37,095 nucleotides of DNA from Oscillospiraceae bacterium (GCA_045615725.1 JAZLFI010000127.1:1-37095); one strand, 5' to 3'; positions 21,573 through 30,487 are shown, counted from the stretch's first letter. Numbers and translations: made by a program. Notes: a model not told the origin generated them from the letters alone.

Positions 21573-22187
21573 ATGATTTCCACAAACGCAAAACTGATAA
21601 TGACGGCACTCCTCAGCATTACCGCAATACTGCTGTTTGTATTCTTAGGCGGAAGAAGCCGCAAGGAATGCATGACAGCAATGCTGCTGTCGTCAATAGG
21701 CGATGTGTTCATGGTTGACGGTGTGATTAACTGGGAGCTGTCAACATATGTGGGCGCGGCATTCTTCATGGCCGCACATATAGTCTACGCGGGATGCTTT
21801 GTAAAGAACTCAAAAGAGCATGGCTATAAATACCTGAATAAAGGCTTCAATGCAGGACTCTGGTTAATGATTATAACTGCGGTTATCCTGGGTATACTTG
21901 CATTCACCGTTCCCGAAAAGCCTGCGCCGCTCATGTTTTTCCTTATTCTCATTTATATTGCCGTTATCGGCTATAACCTTTGCAGTCAGTTTTCCTTTGC
22001 TTACTCGGCAAAAGGCGTATTCTATGTATTGACCGTGGCGATAACGCTGTTTTATCTGACGGATATATTCATTTTCTTTGATATGCTGGATATAGAGCAC
22101 TCCACAAGAAACCTTGTGTGGTACGGATACCCGTTGGCACAGCTGGGAATAATCCTGTTTAACTCACCGCTGAAAAAAGCAAAATAA
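21573..22187 (+). CDS. YhhN-family (lysoplasmalogenase-like) membrane protein
   Basis: 204 aa and polytopic, with the family pattern SSIGDVFMV, FFMAAHIVYAG and LTDIFIF. AGGGAG RBS, 11 nt after the sensor stop. Confidence 0.75.
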   Translation: MISTNAKLIMTALLSITAILLFVFLGGRSRKECMTAMLLSSIGDVFMVDGVINWELSTYVGAAFFMAAHIVYAGCFVKNSKEHGYKYLNKGFNAGLWLMIITAVILGILAFTVPEKPAPLMFFLILIYIAVIGYNLCSQFSFAYSAKGVFYVLTVAITLFYLTDIFIFFDMLDIEHSTRNLVWYGYPLAQLGIILFNSPLKKAK

Positions 22188-22191
22188 GCGT

Positions 22192-22226
22192 AAAAAACCC
22201 GCAAGCATTGCTTGCGGGTTTTGTTT
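22192..22226. terminator. Bidirectional rho-independent terminator between the YhhN and GtrA genes
   Basis: AAAAAACCCGCAAGCA-T-TGCTTGCGGGTTTT followed by GTTTTT. Confidence 0.75.
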
Positions 22227-22676
22227 TTATTTGTTTTCCAGTTCTTTTTCTTTCTCTGCCTGCTTCTTTGCCAGGTCGTTTGTGTCCTTGCTGTTGCGGT
22301 AGACAACGTTGTTGTCCCAAAGATACTCAAGAGAAAGGTTCAGCGCCATGTTGATAGCGAGAACGAGGTATTCGTTCCAGCCGTGAACATCGGCGAGGAA
22401 GTGCTCCATCCAGATTGTAAAGGGAGCAAAGGGAATATAGAACAGGAATACGAGGAACATCGCCTTGGGAACGTTTGCCGCGGACTGGAATGTGAAGCGG
22501 CGGTTAAAGGTGAAGTTCCAGAGAACGCTGAGTACAAGTGCTATGGTGTAGCAGACATAGTGGCCGGGAATTTTGATAACCTCTTCGCAGAGAATCATGG
22601 CGACGGTCTCGATAATGCCTGCGGATGCGGAGAAGAGGATAAACTTCAAAGTTCTTTTAAGCTCTTTGTTTTTCAT
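22227..22676 (-). CDS. GtrA-family membrane protein
   Basis: 149 aa with 4 TM. KFILFSASAGIIETVAM...LSVLWNFTFNRRFTFQS is the GtrA signature. It starts 2 nt after the kinase stop. Confidence 0.8.
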   Translation of the reverse strand: MKNKELKRTLKFILFSASAGIIETVAMILCEEVIKIPGHYVCYTIALVLSVLWNFTFNRRFTFQSAANVPKAMFLVFLFYIPFAPFTIWMEHFLADVHGWNEYLVLAINMALNLSLEYLWDNNVVYRNSKDTNDLAKKQAEKEKELENK

Positions 22677-22678
22677 TT

Positions 22679-24274
22679 TCAGATCCCCTTTACTTCTTTG
22701 TACAGATCTTTGTTAGCCTTGTAAAGCTTCTTGAAGGTCTGGTAATAGGGCTCATACTGAGCATGCTTTTCCATATCGGGCTCGTAAGTTGCGGATGCTG
22801 GGATGAATTCCTGAACGCACTCAAGGCTCTCGATTATGCCCAGACCGACTGCGGTGACAGCCGCCGCACCGACGGAGCCCACGTTCTGAGGAGAAGCAAC
22901 GGTTTCAATCGTTCTGCCCGTGATGTCAGCGAGAATCTGACATGAAACAGGGGAGAGAGCGCCGCCGCCTACGAAGCGGATGGGATTGGAGGTCTTGAGC
23001 TTCTTGTCCTGACACTCGAGCATCCAGCGCAGGTGATAGAAAACGCCCTCAAGCACCGCACGTATAAGCTCGGTTTTGCCGGTTTCAAGCTTGATGCCGA
23101 AGAACATACCCGTGGAGTCGGGGTCTTCAAAGGGACAGCGGTTGCCGTGAAGCCAGGGGGTGAAGATAACGCCGCCTGCTCCGGGAGGAACGTCCTTGAC
23201 GGTCTGAGTCATGTAGTCATAAAGACTGGTGCAGGTTGCTTCAAAGCCCTCGGTTACGTTTTTCTTTTCGAGGTAAATGCCGATTTCGTCAAGCGCAAGG
23301 TGATCCTTGACCCACTCAAGGCATTTGCCCGCGGTTTCCATTTCGGCAAAGTAGTTGTACTTTCCGCTCTGAGCGCCGGTGATTGCGGCAATCATTGCGG
23401 TAACGTCAACCATCTGCTTGTCGGTAACGGTGATAACCCAGCCGGATGTGCCGCTGTAAATGTGGGTGTCGCCGATGTTTACACAGCCTGCGCCAACGCC
23501 GATAAGGCTTGAATCACCGCCGCCGCCGAATACGGGAGTGCCCGCCTTGAGTCCGAGCTCAGATGCGGCCTTTTCCGTAAGTCCGCCGACCATGTCGGTG
23601 GATTTAATTATCTCGGGAAGAAGCTCCATGTCAACATCGAACATGGAACACATTTTTTTGCTCCAGCCCTGCTTGCCGGGGCGGGTGTCGTAGATAAGGG
23701 TTGCAAAGGCGGAGTCCTCGGTCATGGTGAACTCGCCCGTGCAGCGGCAGATGAGGTAGTCCTTAACGTCAAGCCACTTGTATGCGCGCTTAAAGTTTTC
23801 GGGCTCATGTGCCTCGACCCACTTGTATTTCCATACGGGGTCCTTGACGGAGCTTGAAACAGCGCCGGTAATCATAAGGCTGGGCAGGAGCTTAAAGACA
23901 TTTGCGCCTGCAACCTGCAAGCCATTGGCAATGCCTTTCTTAATCTCTTCCTTTGCGCGCTGATCCATGTAACTCATTGGGCGGTGTACGGGAACTCCGT
24001 CCTTGTCGGTGAGTACAAGACCCTGCATCTGGGAGCAGAAGGAAATGCCTGCGACCTGCTCGGGCTTAATATCTGTGTTTGAAAACAGCTCGGCGGTGGA
24101 TTCACACATGCCTTTCCACCAGTCGTCGCCGTCCTGCTCGGCACCGCCGTCGGGCATTATGTACAGGGGATAGCCGCGGCTGGCAGATGCCAGAAGCTTA
24201 ATTGTGTCGTCAACACCGAAAAGGCAGGTCTTGACGCCTGTCGTACCGATGTCGTATGCGAGAATGTAAGTCAT
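22679..24274 (-). CDS. FGGY-family carbohydrate kinase
   Basis: MTYILAYDIGTTGVKTCLF (phosphate-1 DxGTT), GTSGW, and FVGGGALSPVSCQILADITG in the C-terminal ATPase lobe. 531 aa. Confidence 0.9.
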   Translation of the reverse strand: MTYILAYDIGTTGVKTCLFGVDDTIKLLASASRGYPLYIMPDGGAEQDGDDWWKGMCESTAELFSNTDIKPEQVAGISFCSQMQGLVLTDKDGVPVHRPMSYMDQRAKEEIKKGIANGLQVAGANVFKLLPSLMITGAVSSSVKDPVWKYKWVEAHEPENFKRAYKWLDVKDYLICRCTGEFTMTEDSAFATLIYDTRPGKQGWSKKMCSMFDVDMELLPEIIKSTDMVGGLTEKAASELGLKAGTPVFGGGGDSSLIGVGAGCVNIGDTHIYSGTSGWVITVTDKQMVDVTAMIAAITGAQSGKYNYFAEMETAGKCLEWVKDHLALDEIGIYLEKKNVTEGFEATCTSLYDYMTQTVKDVPPGAGGVIFTPWLHGNRCPFEDPDSTGMFFGIKLETGKTELIRAVLEGVFYHLRWMLECQDKKLKTSNPIRFVGGGALSPVSCQILADITGRTIETVASPQNVGSVGAAAVTAVGLGIIESLECVQEFIPASATYEPDMEKHAQYEPYYQTFKKLYKANKDLYKEVKGI

Positions 24275-24927
24275 TTTGTTTCCCCGTTTCTGTGTTGGAT
24301 ATCCGCCTGCTCTAAGGTGAACGCGGATTCCATGAATTTCAGAAGCTGCTCGGTTACGTAGTCATCGTTATTAAGTATATCACTGCCGCCGTACATTTTA
24401 AAGCGTTCTTTGTAATAGGGGCAGCAGTAAGAAAACTGAAGCATCATAAGGAGATTGTCAAAGAAGAAAGCGAAAAGACCGGGGTCAATATCGCGGCGGA
24501 TATCGCCGGACTCCTGCGCGGCTGTAATGAACTCGGTGTAAAGCCGTGAGGTAAAGCCCTCGATTTCCTTGGCAAGCTCGGGTGCGTTTTCCGATGACTC
24601 GGTTATGCGGTGGTACATCCTTGTGTAATCGGGATGTGTTGCGGAGAAGTATTGCAGAGTTTTAATAATAGTACGTGCATAGTTTATGGGCTTATCTGCC
24701 TTTGCGGTCATTTCGTTCAGCGCATTTTCAAGAGCGCTGAGGCTGTGCCTTACGCAGGCAAGGAAGAAAGCATCCTTGTCTGCGTAGTACTTGTAAATGA
24801 CGCCGACGCTCATGTCAGCCCGCTTGGCGATATCGCTCATACTTGCGCGCTCACCCTTTTCGGCAAACTCGCTTATGCCGCACTCTAAAAGCTCATTGAG
24901 CTTTTCTTCGCTTAGCTTTTTAAGCAT
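24271..24927 (-). CDS. TetR/AcrR-family transcriptional regulator
   Basis: N-terminal HTH GERASMSDIAKRADMSVGVIYKYYADKDAFF with an all-helical C-terminal domain. Its stop overlaps the kinase ATG (ATGA). Confidence 0.9.
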   Translation of the reverse strand: MLKKLSEEKLNELLECGISEFAEKGERASMSDIAKRADMSVGVIYKYYADKDAFFLACVRHSLSALENALNEMTAKADKPINYARTIIKTLQYFSATHPDYTRMYHRITESSENAPELAKEIEGFTSRLYTEFITAAQESGDIRRDIDPGLFAFFFDNLLMMLQFSYCCPYYKERFKMYGGSDILNNDDYVTEQLLKFMESAFTLEQADIQHRNGETK

Positions 24928-24930
24928 GGC

Positions 24931-25761
24931 TTATTTATCCTTCTGCTTGGAGTATTTCTTGAGATAAACGACTCTCTGCAAAAGTGCATCGGCAGAAGAG
25001 AGGGGCTTTGCACTGCGGACGTAAAGTGCCGCGGCGCAGTTCTTGGTAACAATCATTTTGACGGCTTCCTCGTTGTCGCTTGTGGGGGTCTTGACCTCGC
25101 CGAACTTAATCTTTGCGGTGGGACCTACAAGCTGAGCATAGTCGTCAACGTATGCCGCGAGGGAAGAGTGTGCTTTTGCGTACTCGATGACAAATCTGTC
25201 CTCGGGAACATCGCCGACACGGGAGATAAACTCGGTCTTGCTCTTTTCCTCAAGCTCTTCAGCCAGTGCGAAAGCATCGTCAAAGCTGCGGCCTAAGCAG
25301 ACAGCGCCGTGCTTTTCCATAAGGAAGCTGTACTTGTCGGGATTCTGAGCAATTGCAGAGGAAACGTTCATCTTAAGCTTGCCTGTGCCGGGCAGACCGT
25401 AGCCTGCGCAGGGAGCAAAAGGAAGATTCTTTCCCTCTGCGCCGATGGCGGTAGCATAAAGCTGATGAGTGTGAATAACAAAGTTTACGTCCTGTCTCAG
25501 CAGATATGCGTGACCGTGGATGCCCTTTTCACTGCTGGGCTTCATCTCACCTTCATAGCTGAGGTCGTTTGCGTGAACTATAACCAGCTCCTCGGGCTTG
25601 AGCGTGTCGTATGCTCTGCCGCTGGGAGTGATAACAAAATCGTTTTCGGAAATACGGGCGCTTATATTGCCCCATGTGCGTGCAATAAGCTTGTTCTCCA
25701 GAAGCTTGTGGCCTGCTTCAATAACAAGCTCGCGTGCTTCCTGTTCACTGTAAAAACCCAT
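24931..25761 (-). CDS. Class II aldolase/adducin-family protein (FucA/AraD-like aldolase or epimerase)
   Basis: ARTWGNISARI, ITPSG, KPSSEKGIHGHAY and VIHTHQ give the metal-binding His pattern. At 276 aa it is longer than FucA and carries a C-terminal extension. Confidence 0.85.
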   Translation of the reverse strand: MGFYSEQEARELVIEAGHKLLENKLIARTWGNISARISENDFVITPSGRAYDTLKPEELVIVHANDLSYEGEMKPSSEKGIHGHAYLLRQDVNFVIHTHQLYATAIGAEGKNLPFAPCAGYGLPGTGKLKMNVSSAIAQNPDKYSFLMEKHGAVCLGRSFDDAFALAEELEEKSKTEFISRVGDVPEDRFVIEYAKAHSSLAAYVDDYAQLVGPTAKIKFGEVKTPTSDNEEAVKMIVTKNCAAALYVRSAKPLSSADALLQRVVYLKKYSKQKDK

Positions 25762-27248
25762 TACTTCTTACCCAGCTTTCCGCAGTTTGCGAATACGCGG
25801 TCGAAGCGCTTGAGAACCTCGTCGATGTCAGCTTCAGTGTATGCTGCGCTGGTGTAGAGGCGGGAGCCTGCCAGAGTTACGATGCCCTCTGCCATGTATG
25901 CCGCGCCGATGTGCTGCATCTCGGTCTTGCGCTTGGAGGTTTCGGAGAGAACTTTGGGGATGCCCCAGGGCTTCATCCAGTCAATCTCAAAGTGCATGGT
26001 AGCGGCATTGTCCAGGTGGCATACACTGCCCTGGTTGAATGCTACGAAGGGAAGGTCATACTTCTTGATGAGCTCCTGCAGACCCTTGGTGAGTCTGTCG
26101 CCCATACGGCCTGCAACTTCGCATGCGTTGCGCTTTTCGATCTCGCAGATTGCGGTGTAGCCAGCAACACAGGAGATAGGAGTCGCGGCCATGGTGCCGC
26201 CGCACATTGCCTTGGTGACCTTCTTGCCGCCTGCATCAAGACCTGCGCCGAGGTGAGCCATGCAATCCTCGTGACCGCCGATGCCGCCTGCGCCGGGGTA
26301 GCCGCCTGCGATAATCTTGCCGAAGATGGTGAGGTCGGGGTCAACTCCGTAGTAACCCTGAGCACCGCTCATGCCGATACGGAAGCCGGAAACGACCTCG
26401 TCGCAGATGAACAGTGCGCCGTACTTGTGAGCCAGCTCCTGGCAGCCCTTAACGAATTCCTTGGAAACGGGACGGGTGCCGCTTTCGGGGCCGATGGGCT
26501 CAATGTAAACAGCGGCGGTACCACCGATAAGCTCGTTCTTCTTGAGCTTTCTTTCGAGATCTTCAAGATCGTTGGGGAAGAACTCGTCAGTGTGCTTGAA
26601 TACGAAGTTGGGAACACCGGGGCTCTGGAGACCCTTGGTGCCGGGAATACGCATGCCGTATGCCATCTGGTCGGACCAGCCGTGGTATGCGCCGCCCATT
26701 TTGAGAACGTTCTTCTTGCCGGTCTTAAGACGTGCAACGCGCAGCGCGCACATGCATGCCTCAGTGCCGGAGCCCAGCATACGGAACTTGTCAACAGAGG
26801 GAACGCAGTCGCGTATCTTCTTTGCCAGCTTGTATTCATATTCGTGGAAAAGACCGGTGGAAGGACCGCAGGTGTTCAGCAGGTCAATAACAGCCTCCTT
26901 AACGACGGGGTCGTTGGAGCCGAGAATGGTGGGACCGCCTGCCTGAAGCAGATCGTAGTACCAGTTGCCGTCGATATCATAGAGCTTGTTGCCCTCGGCC
27001 TTGGTGATAACAATGGGGAACGGATAGTTGAAAGCAAGGTTGTGCTGTACGCCACCGGGGATGTACTGCTTTGCCTCAGCAATCATTTCCTTGGACTTTG
27101 CGCACTTCTTGTCGAAGTACTCAACCTCGTACTCCTTGAGCTTGTCGGGGCGGATGGAGTAGATGGGCTTCTTCTTCAGCTCATCCAGCTTGCGGGTAAC
27201 CTCTGCCGCATCCAGATATTCGTCAATTGCGAAACCGTTGTATGCCAT
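25761..27248 (-). CDS. Class III PLP-dependent aminotransferase-fold enzyme, glutamate-1-semialdehyde aminomutase-like
   Basis: IPGGVQHN, GSGTEA, MGGAYHGW, FICDEVVSGFRIG and FGKIIAGGYP (PLP Lys). 495 aa, with a ~60 aa N-terminal extension relative to HemL-type proteins. GGAGGA RBS. Confidence 0.88.
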   Translation of the reverse strand: MAYNGFAIDEYLDAAEVTRKLDELKKKPIYSIRPDKLKEYEVEYFDKKCAKSKEMIAEAKQYIPGGVQHNLAFNYPFPIVITKAEGNKLYDIDGNWYYDLLQAGGPTILGSNDPVVKEAVIDLLNTCGPSTGLFHEYEYKLAKKIRDCVPSVDKFRMLGSGTEACMCALRVARLKTGKKNVLKMGGAYHGWSDQMAYGMRIPGTKGLQSPGVPNFVFKHTDEFFPNDLEDLERKLKKNELIGGTAAVYIEPIGPESGTRPVSKEFVKGCQELAHKYGALFICDEVVSGFRIGMSGAQGYYGVDPDLTIFGKIIAGGYPGAGGIGGHEDCMAHLGAGLDAGGKKVTKAMCGGTMAATPISCVAGYTAICEIEKRNACEVAGRMGDRLTKGLQELIKKYDLPFVAFNQGSVCHLDNAATMHFEIDWMKPWGIPKVLSETSKRKTEMQHIGAAYMAEGIVTLAGSRLYTSAAYTEADIDEVLKRFDRVFANCGKLGKK

Positions 27249-27301
27249 AATATTATCCTCCTAAATTTGTGAACGGTAATTCACGTCTTGGATTTAAGGT
27301 A

Positions 27302-27321
27302 ACATTATTTATAAATATTGT
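27302..27321. promoter_or_regulatory. 20-bp near-perfect palindrome, candidate TetR operator overlapping a minus-strand -35 box
   Basis: ACATTATTTA|TAAATATTGT pairs at 9 of 10 positions. It overlaps TTGACA (27324-27319, minus strand). The matching -10 (TACCTT, 27301-27296) is weak. Confidence 0.3.
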
Positions 27322-27363
27322 CAAGAAAAAATGCCTGATTTTTCTAGTAAAAACCGATATTTT

Positions 27364-27372
27364 TGCTATAAT
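27364..27372 (+). promoter_or_regulatory. Extended -10 promoter element upstream of tex
   Basis: TGcTATAAT (27364-27372), 52 nt upstream of the ATG at 27425. There is no good -35. Confidence 0.45.
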
Positions 27373-27424
27373 GTGAAAAGTGTGCTATACTTCCAGAGGA
27401 TTTTTAATTTTACAGGAGCAAAAT

Positions 27425-29548
27425 ATGAACTACGCAAAAGTAATATCCGATGCATTTTCCGTAAAGGAAGAATATGTTTCCAATATTATAGCCCTGCTTG
27501 ACGAGGGCAATACAATTCCTTTCATTGCCCGTTACCGCAAGGAAATGCACGGCACTATGGACGACCAGAAAATACGCGAAATTTCAGATAAGCTGACCTA
27601 TCTGCGCAATCTTGACGCACGCAGGGAAGAAGTAAGAAAGCTCATCGAGCAGCAGGAACAGCTGACCGATGAAATTTCCGCATCCCTCGATAAGGCGGCA
27701 ACTCTCGCTGAGATTGAGGATATATACCGCCCATATAGACCCAAGCGCAAGACTCGCGCATCCGTTGCAAAGGCAAAAGGACTCCAGCCTCTTGCGGATG
27801 AAATTCTCCTCGGACAGAAATCAAATCTAATTCCGCTTGAAATGGCGGAAAAGTATGTTGATGCCGAAAAGGGAGTTGAAAGCGCCGAGGATGCACTGCA
27901 GGGTGCTCAGGATATTATCGCCGAAACCGTTTCCGATAATGCCGAGGTGCGTAAAAGAGTGCGCAATATCGTGTTCCTTAACGCTGTTTTATCCTCAACA
28001 GCCGCAAAGGACGAGTCCAGCGTTTACGATATGTACTATGAGTTTTCCCAGCCCGTTTCAAAGATAGCAGGCCACAGAGTGCTTGCCGTAAACCGCGGCG
28101 AGAAAGAGGGCTTTTTGAAAGTCGGCATTGAGATTGATGATACTCTGCCCTTAAACGCAATCAATAAGCTCTATGTGCAGGGGAATACTCCCTGCGCTGA
28201 GGTAGTTAAGACTGCCTGCTCAGACTCCTACGGCAGACTGATTTTCCCCTCGATTGAAAGAGAAATTCGCTCCGAGCTTACCGATAACGCATGTACCGCC
28301 GCAATAAAGCTTTTCGGCACAAATCTGCGCCAGCTTCTCCTGCAGCCGCCCGTAAAGGGCAAGGTTGCAATCGGACTTGACCCCGGCTACCGCACGGGCT
28401 GTAAGCTCGCGGTGGTTGACGCAACGGGAAAGGTGCTCGATACCTCCGTCATTTATCCCACCCACGGCGAAGCTCAGGCAAACCGCTCAAAGCAGACCTT
28501 AAAGCATATGATTGAACGCTACGGCGTTGAGATAATCGCAATCGGAAACGGCACGGCATCCAAGGAAACAGAGATGTTTACCGCCGAAACCATTAAGGAA
28601 ACAAACGCAAAGGTCGCGTATATGGTGGTCAGCGAAGCAGGGGCATCCGTCTATTCCGCGTCCAAGCTCGCGGCACAGGAAATGCCAGATTTTGACCTTA
28701 CCCTGCGCAGTGCCGTTTCAATTGCACGCAGACTGCAGGACCCCCTTGCAGAGCTTGTAAAGATAGAGCCCAAGGCAATCGGTGTCGGTCAGTATCAGCA
28801 CGATATGCCCCAGAAACAGCTTGAAGAGGCTTTGGACGGAGTTGTTGAGGAGTGCGTCAACAGTGTCGGCGCAGATCTGAATACCGCTTCACCCTCGCTC
28901 CTGAGCCATATCGCTGGCCTTTCCGCGACTGTAAGCAAGAACATAGTGGCTTACCGCGAGGAAAACGGAAGTTTCACATCCAGAAGCGAGCTTAAGAAAG
29001 TCCCAAAGCTCGGACCCAAGGCATTTGAACAGTGCGCAGGCTTCCTGCGAGTTCCCGGAAGCAAAAATCCCCTTGATAACACAGGTGTTCATCCCGAGTC
29101 ATATCCCGTGGCAAAGGAACTTTTGAGCCGCTGCGGAGTATCCGCCGCCGACTTCGGCAAGAGCAATATCAAGCTTGATATCGAAGCTCTTGCAAAGGAA
29201 CTCTGCGTCGGCGTTCCCACACTGCAGGATATAGTCAAGGAGCTTTCTAAGCCCGGCCGCGATATGCGCGACGAACTGCCCGCACCCATGCTTCGCACCG
29301 ATGTTCTCGATATGAAGGATCTGAAAGAGGGAATGGTGCTCAAGGGCACAGTCCGGAACGTTATCGACTTCGGCGCATTTGTGGATATCGGCGTTCATCA
29401 GGACGGACTGGTGCATATCTCCCAGATTTGCGATAAATATATAAAGCACCCCTCCGAGGTGCTCAAGGTCGGCGATATCGTCAATGTCAAAATTCTCGGT
29501 GTTGACCTCAATAAAAAGCGCATAAGCCTTACAATGAAAGGCGTATAA
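27425..29548 (+). CDS. tex: Tex-like transcription accessory protein (YqgF/HhH/S1 domains)
   Basis: The ATG at 27425 (AGGAG RBS) is preferred over the track start at 27380. IPFIARYRKE near the N-terminus, the YqgF-like block IGLDPGYRTGCKLAVVD, and a C-terminal S1 domain GMVLKGTVRNVIDFGAFVDIGVHQDGLVHISQ. Confidence 0.92.
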   Translation: MNYAKVISDAFSVKEEYVSNIIALLDEGNTIPFIARYRKEMHGTMDDQKIREISDKLTYLRNLDARREEVRKLIEQQEQLTDEISASLDKAATLAEIEDIYRPYRPKRKTRASVAKAKGLQPLADEILLGQKSNLIPLEMAEKYVDAEKGVESAEDALQGAQDIIAETVSDNAEVRKRVRNIVFLNAVLSSTAAKDESSVYDMYYEFSQPVSKIAGHRVLAVNRGEKEGFLKVGIEIDDTLPLNAINKLYVQGNTPCAEVVKTACSDSYGRLIFPSIEREIRSELTDNACTAAIKLFGTNLRQLLLQPPVKGKVAIGLDPGYRTGCKLAVVDATGKVLDTSVIYPTHGEAQANRSKQTLKHMIERYGVEIIAIGNGTASKETEMFTAETIKETNAKVAYMVVSEAGASVYSASKLAAQEMPDFDLTLRSAVSIARRLQDPLAELVKIEPKAIGVGQYQHDMPQKQLEEALDGVVEECVNSVGADLNTASPSLLSHIAGLSATVSKNIVAYREENGSFTSRSELKKVPKLGPKAFEQCAGFLRVPGSKNPLDNTGVHPESYPVAKELLSRCGVSAADFGKSNIKLDIEALAKELCVGVPTLQDIVKELSKPGRDMRDELPAPMLRTDVLDMKDLKEGMVLKGTVRNVIDFGAFVDIGVHQDGLVHISQICDKYIKHPSEVLKVGDIVNVKILGVDLNKKRISLTMKGV

Positions 29549-29549
29549 T

Positions 29550-29583
29550 AAAAAACTCTGCAACAAAAGTTGCAGAGTTTTTT
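29550..29583. terminator. Bidirectional rho-independent terminator after tex and the lipoprotein gene
   Basis: AAAAAACTCTGCAAC-AAAA-GTTGCAGAGTTTTTT forms a perfect 15-bp stem. Confidence 0.8.
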
Positions 29584-29590
29584 GTTTAGC

Positions 29591-30370
29591 TTATCGTGCA
29601 ATATCAACGGTAAAGGGACCGCTTGCACCGGGAGCAATTTCATACGGACCGATGAAAACGGTAATCTTGTCTTTGCTTATTACGAAGTTTACATCGTCAA
29701 GGTCGTAGTTGCTTACGGTATCCTTTGCATCCTCAAAGAAAGAGTAGGGGTCGGAATCAATGAGGGCATTTACCGCATCGGTGAAAGCGGTGCGAGCTTC
29801 GGCTTCGCTTGCAAACAGGTCTTCAAAATCGAGCTCCTCGCCGGTCTTTAAATCATAGTTAAGTCCAGTGCTGCCATTGTTGTGAACACCGCCGACAAAC
29901 CAGTCCCAGTCCTGAGTGATGCTTACATAGCTTGCGTCAATGTATACGTTTTTAACGTCAACGGTTGCAGTAAAGGGGTATGCTGGCAGCTCTTCCTTCA
30001 TAGAATCGGGAAGATCTTTTAAATATTCCTCATACTGTTTTCCTGTTCCCTCATCAAAGAATTCGTTGCAGGCTTCGGCAATTTCTTCGTTGATTTCGGT
30101 GAGAGCGGCGTTGGGATTGGTGAAGATGACCTTCTGATAGTGGCAGTCGCCGATAACCTCGCCATTTGCATTTTCGTCCTTTTCACCGACTGTTTCGATG
30201 GTGTATGCGGTGTCAAGCTGTTCTGCGGGCTGCTGGCTTTCCTGAACTTCTTCAGTGGCAACAGGCTCGGATTGCTTAGCTTCGGGAGCGGTGTCGGCGG
30301 TTTTGCCGCATGCGCTCAGGCAAAGAAGGGAAATGAGTGCGATTACTAAAATAATGCTGATTTTTTTCAT
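29591..30370 (-). CDS. Lipoprotein, DUF3298/DUF4163-like (RsiV/PdaC C-terminal-domain-like)
   Basis: MKKISIILVIALISLLCLSACG gives a lipobox. It is followed by an acidic linker, then DASYVSITQDWDWFVGGVHNNGSTGLNYDLKTGEEL, which resembles the DUF3298 core. Confidence 0.65.
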   Translation of the reverse strand: MKKISIILVIALISLLCLSACGKTADTAPEAKQSEPVATEEVQESQQPAEQLDTAYTIETVGEKDENANGEVIGDCHYQKVIFTNPNAALTEINEEIAEACNEFFDEGTGKQYEEYLKDLPDSMKEELPAYPFTATVDVKNVYIDASYVSITQDWDWFVGGVHNNGSTGLNYDLKTGEELDFEDLFASEAEARTAFTDAVNALIDSDPYSFFEDAKDTVSNYDLDDVNFVISKDKITVFIGPYEIAPGASGPFTVDIAR

Positions 30371-30461
30371 GGTATCTCCTTATCCACATTATTGTTTAAT
30401 GCTTCTGCCTATATTTATACGACCATATTTTTAAAAAGACAATTAAATTTCTGTAAAGAAT

Positions 30462-30487
30462 AAAAAAGAGCGGGAAGTCCCGCTCTT
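30462..30487 (-). terminator. Rho-independent terminator after the second SGNH-SLH gene
   Basis: On the minus strand: AAGAGCGGGA-CT-TCCCGCTCTT followed by TTTTATT. Confidence 0.7.

Noticed and set aside
25734-27272. 512-aa plus-strand ORF antisense to the aminotransferase gene
   Set aside because: The minus-strand frame carries the full set of class III PLP-enzyme motifs and a GGAGGA RBS. The plus-strand product is Ala/Gly/Val/Leu-rich low complexity with no motifs.
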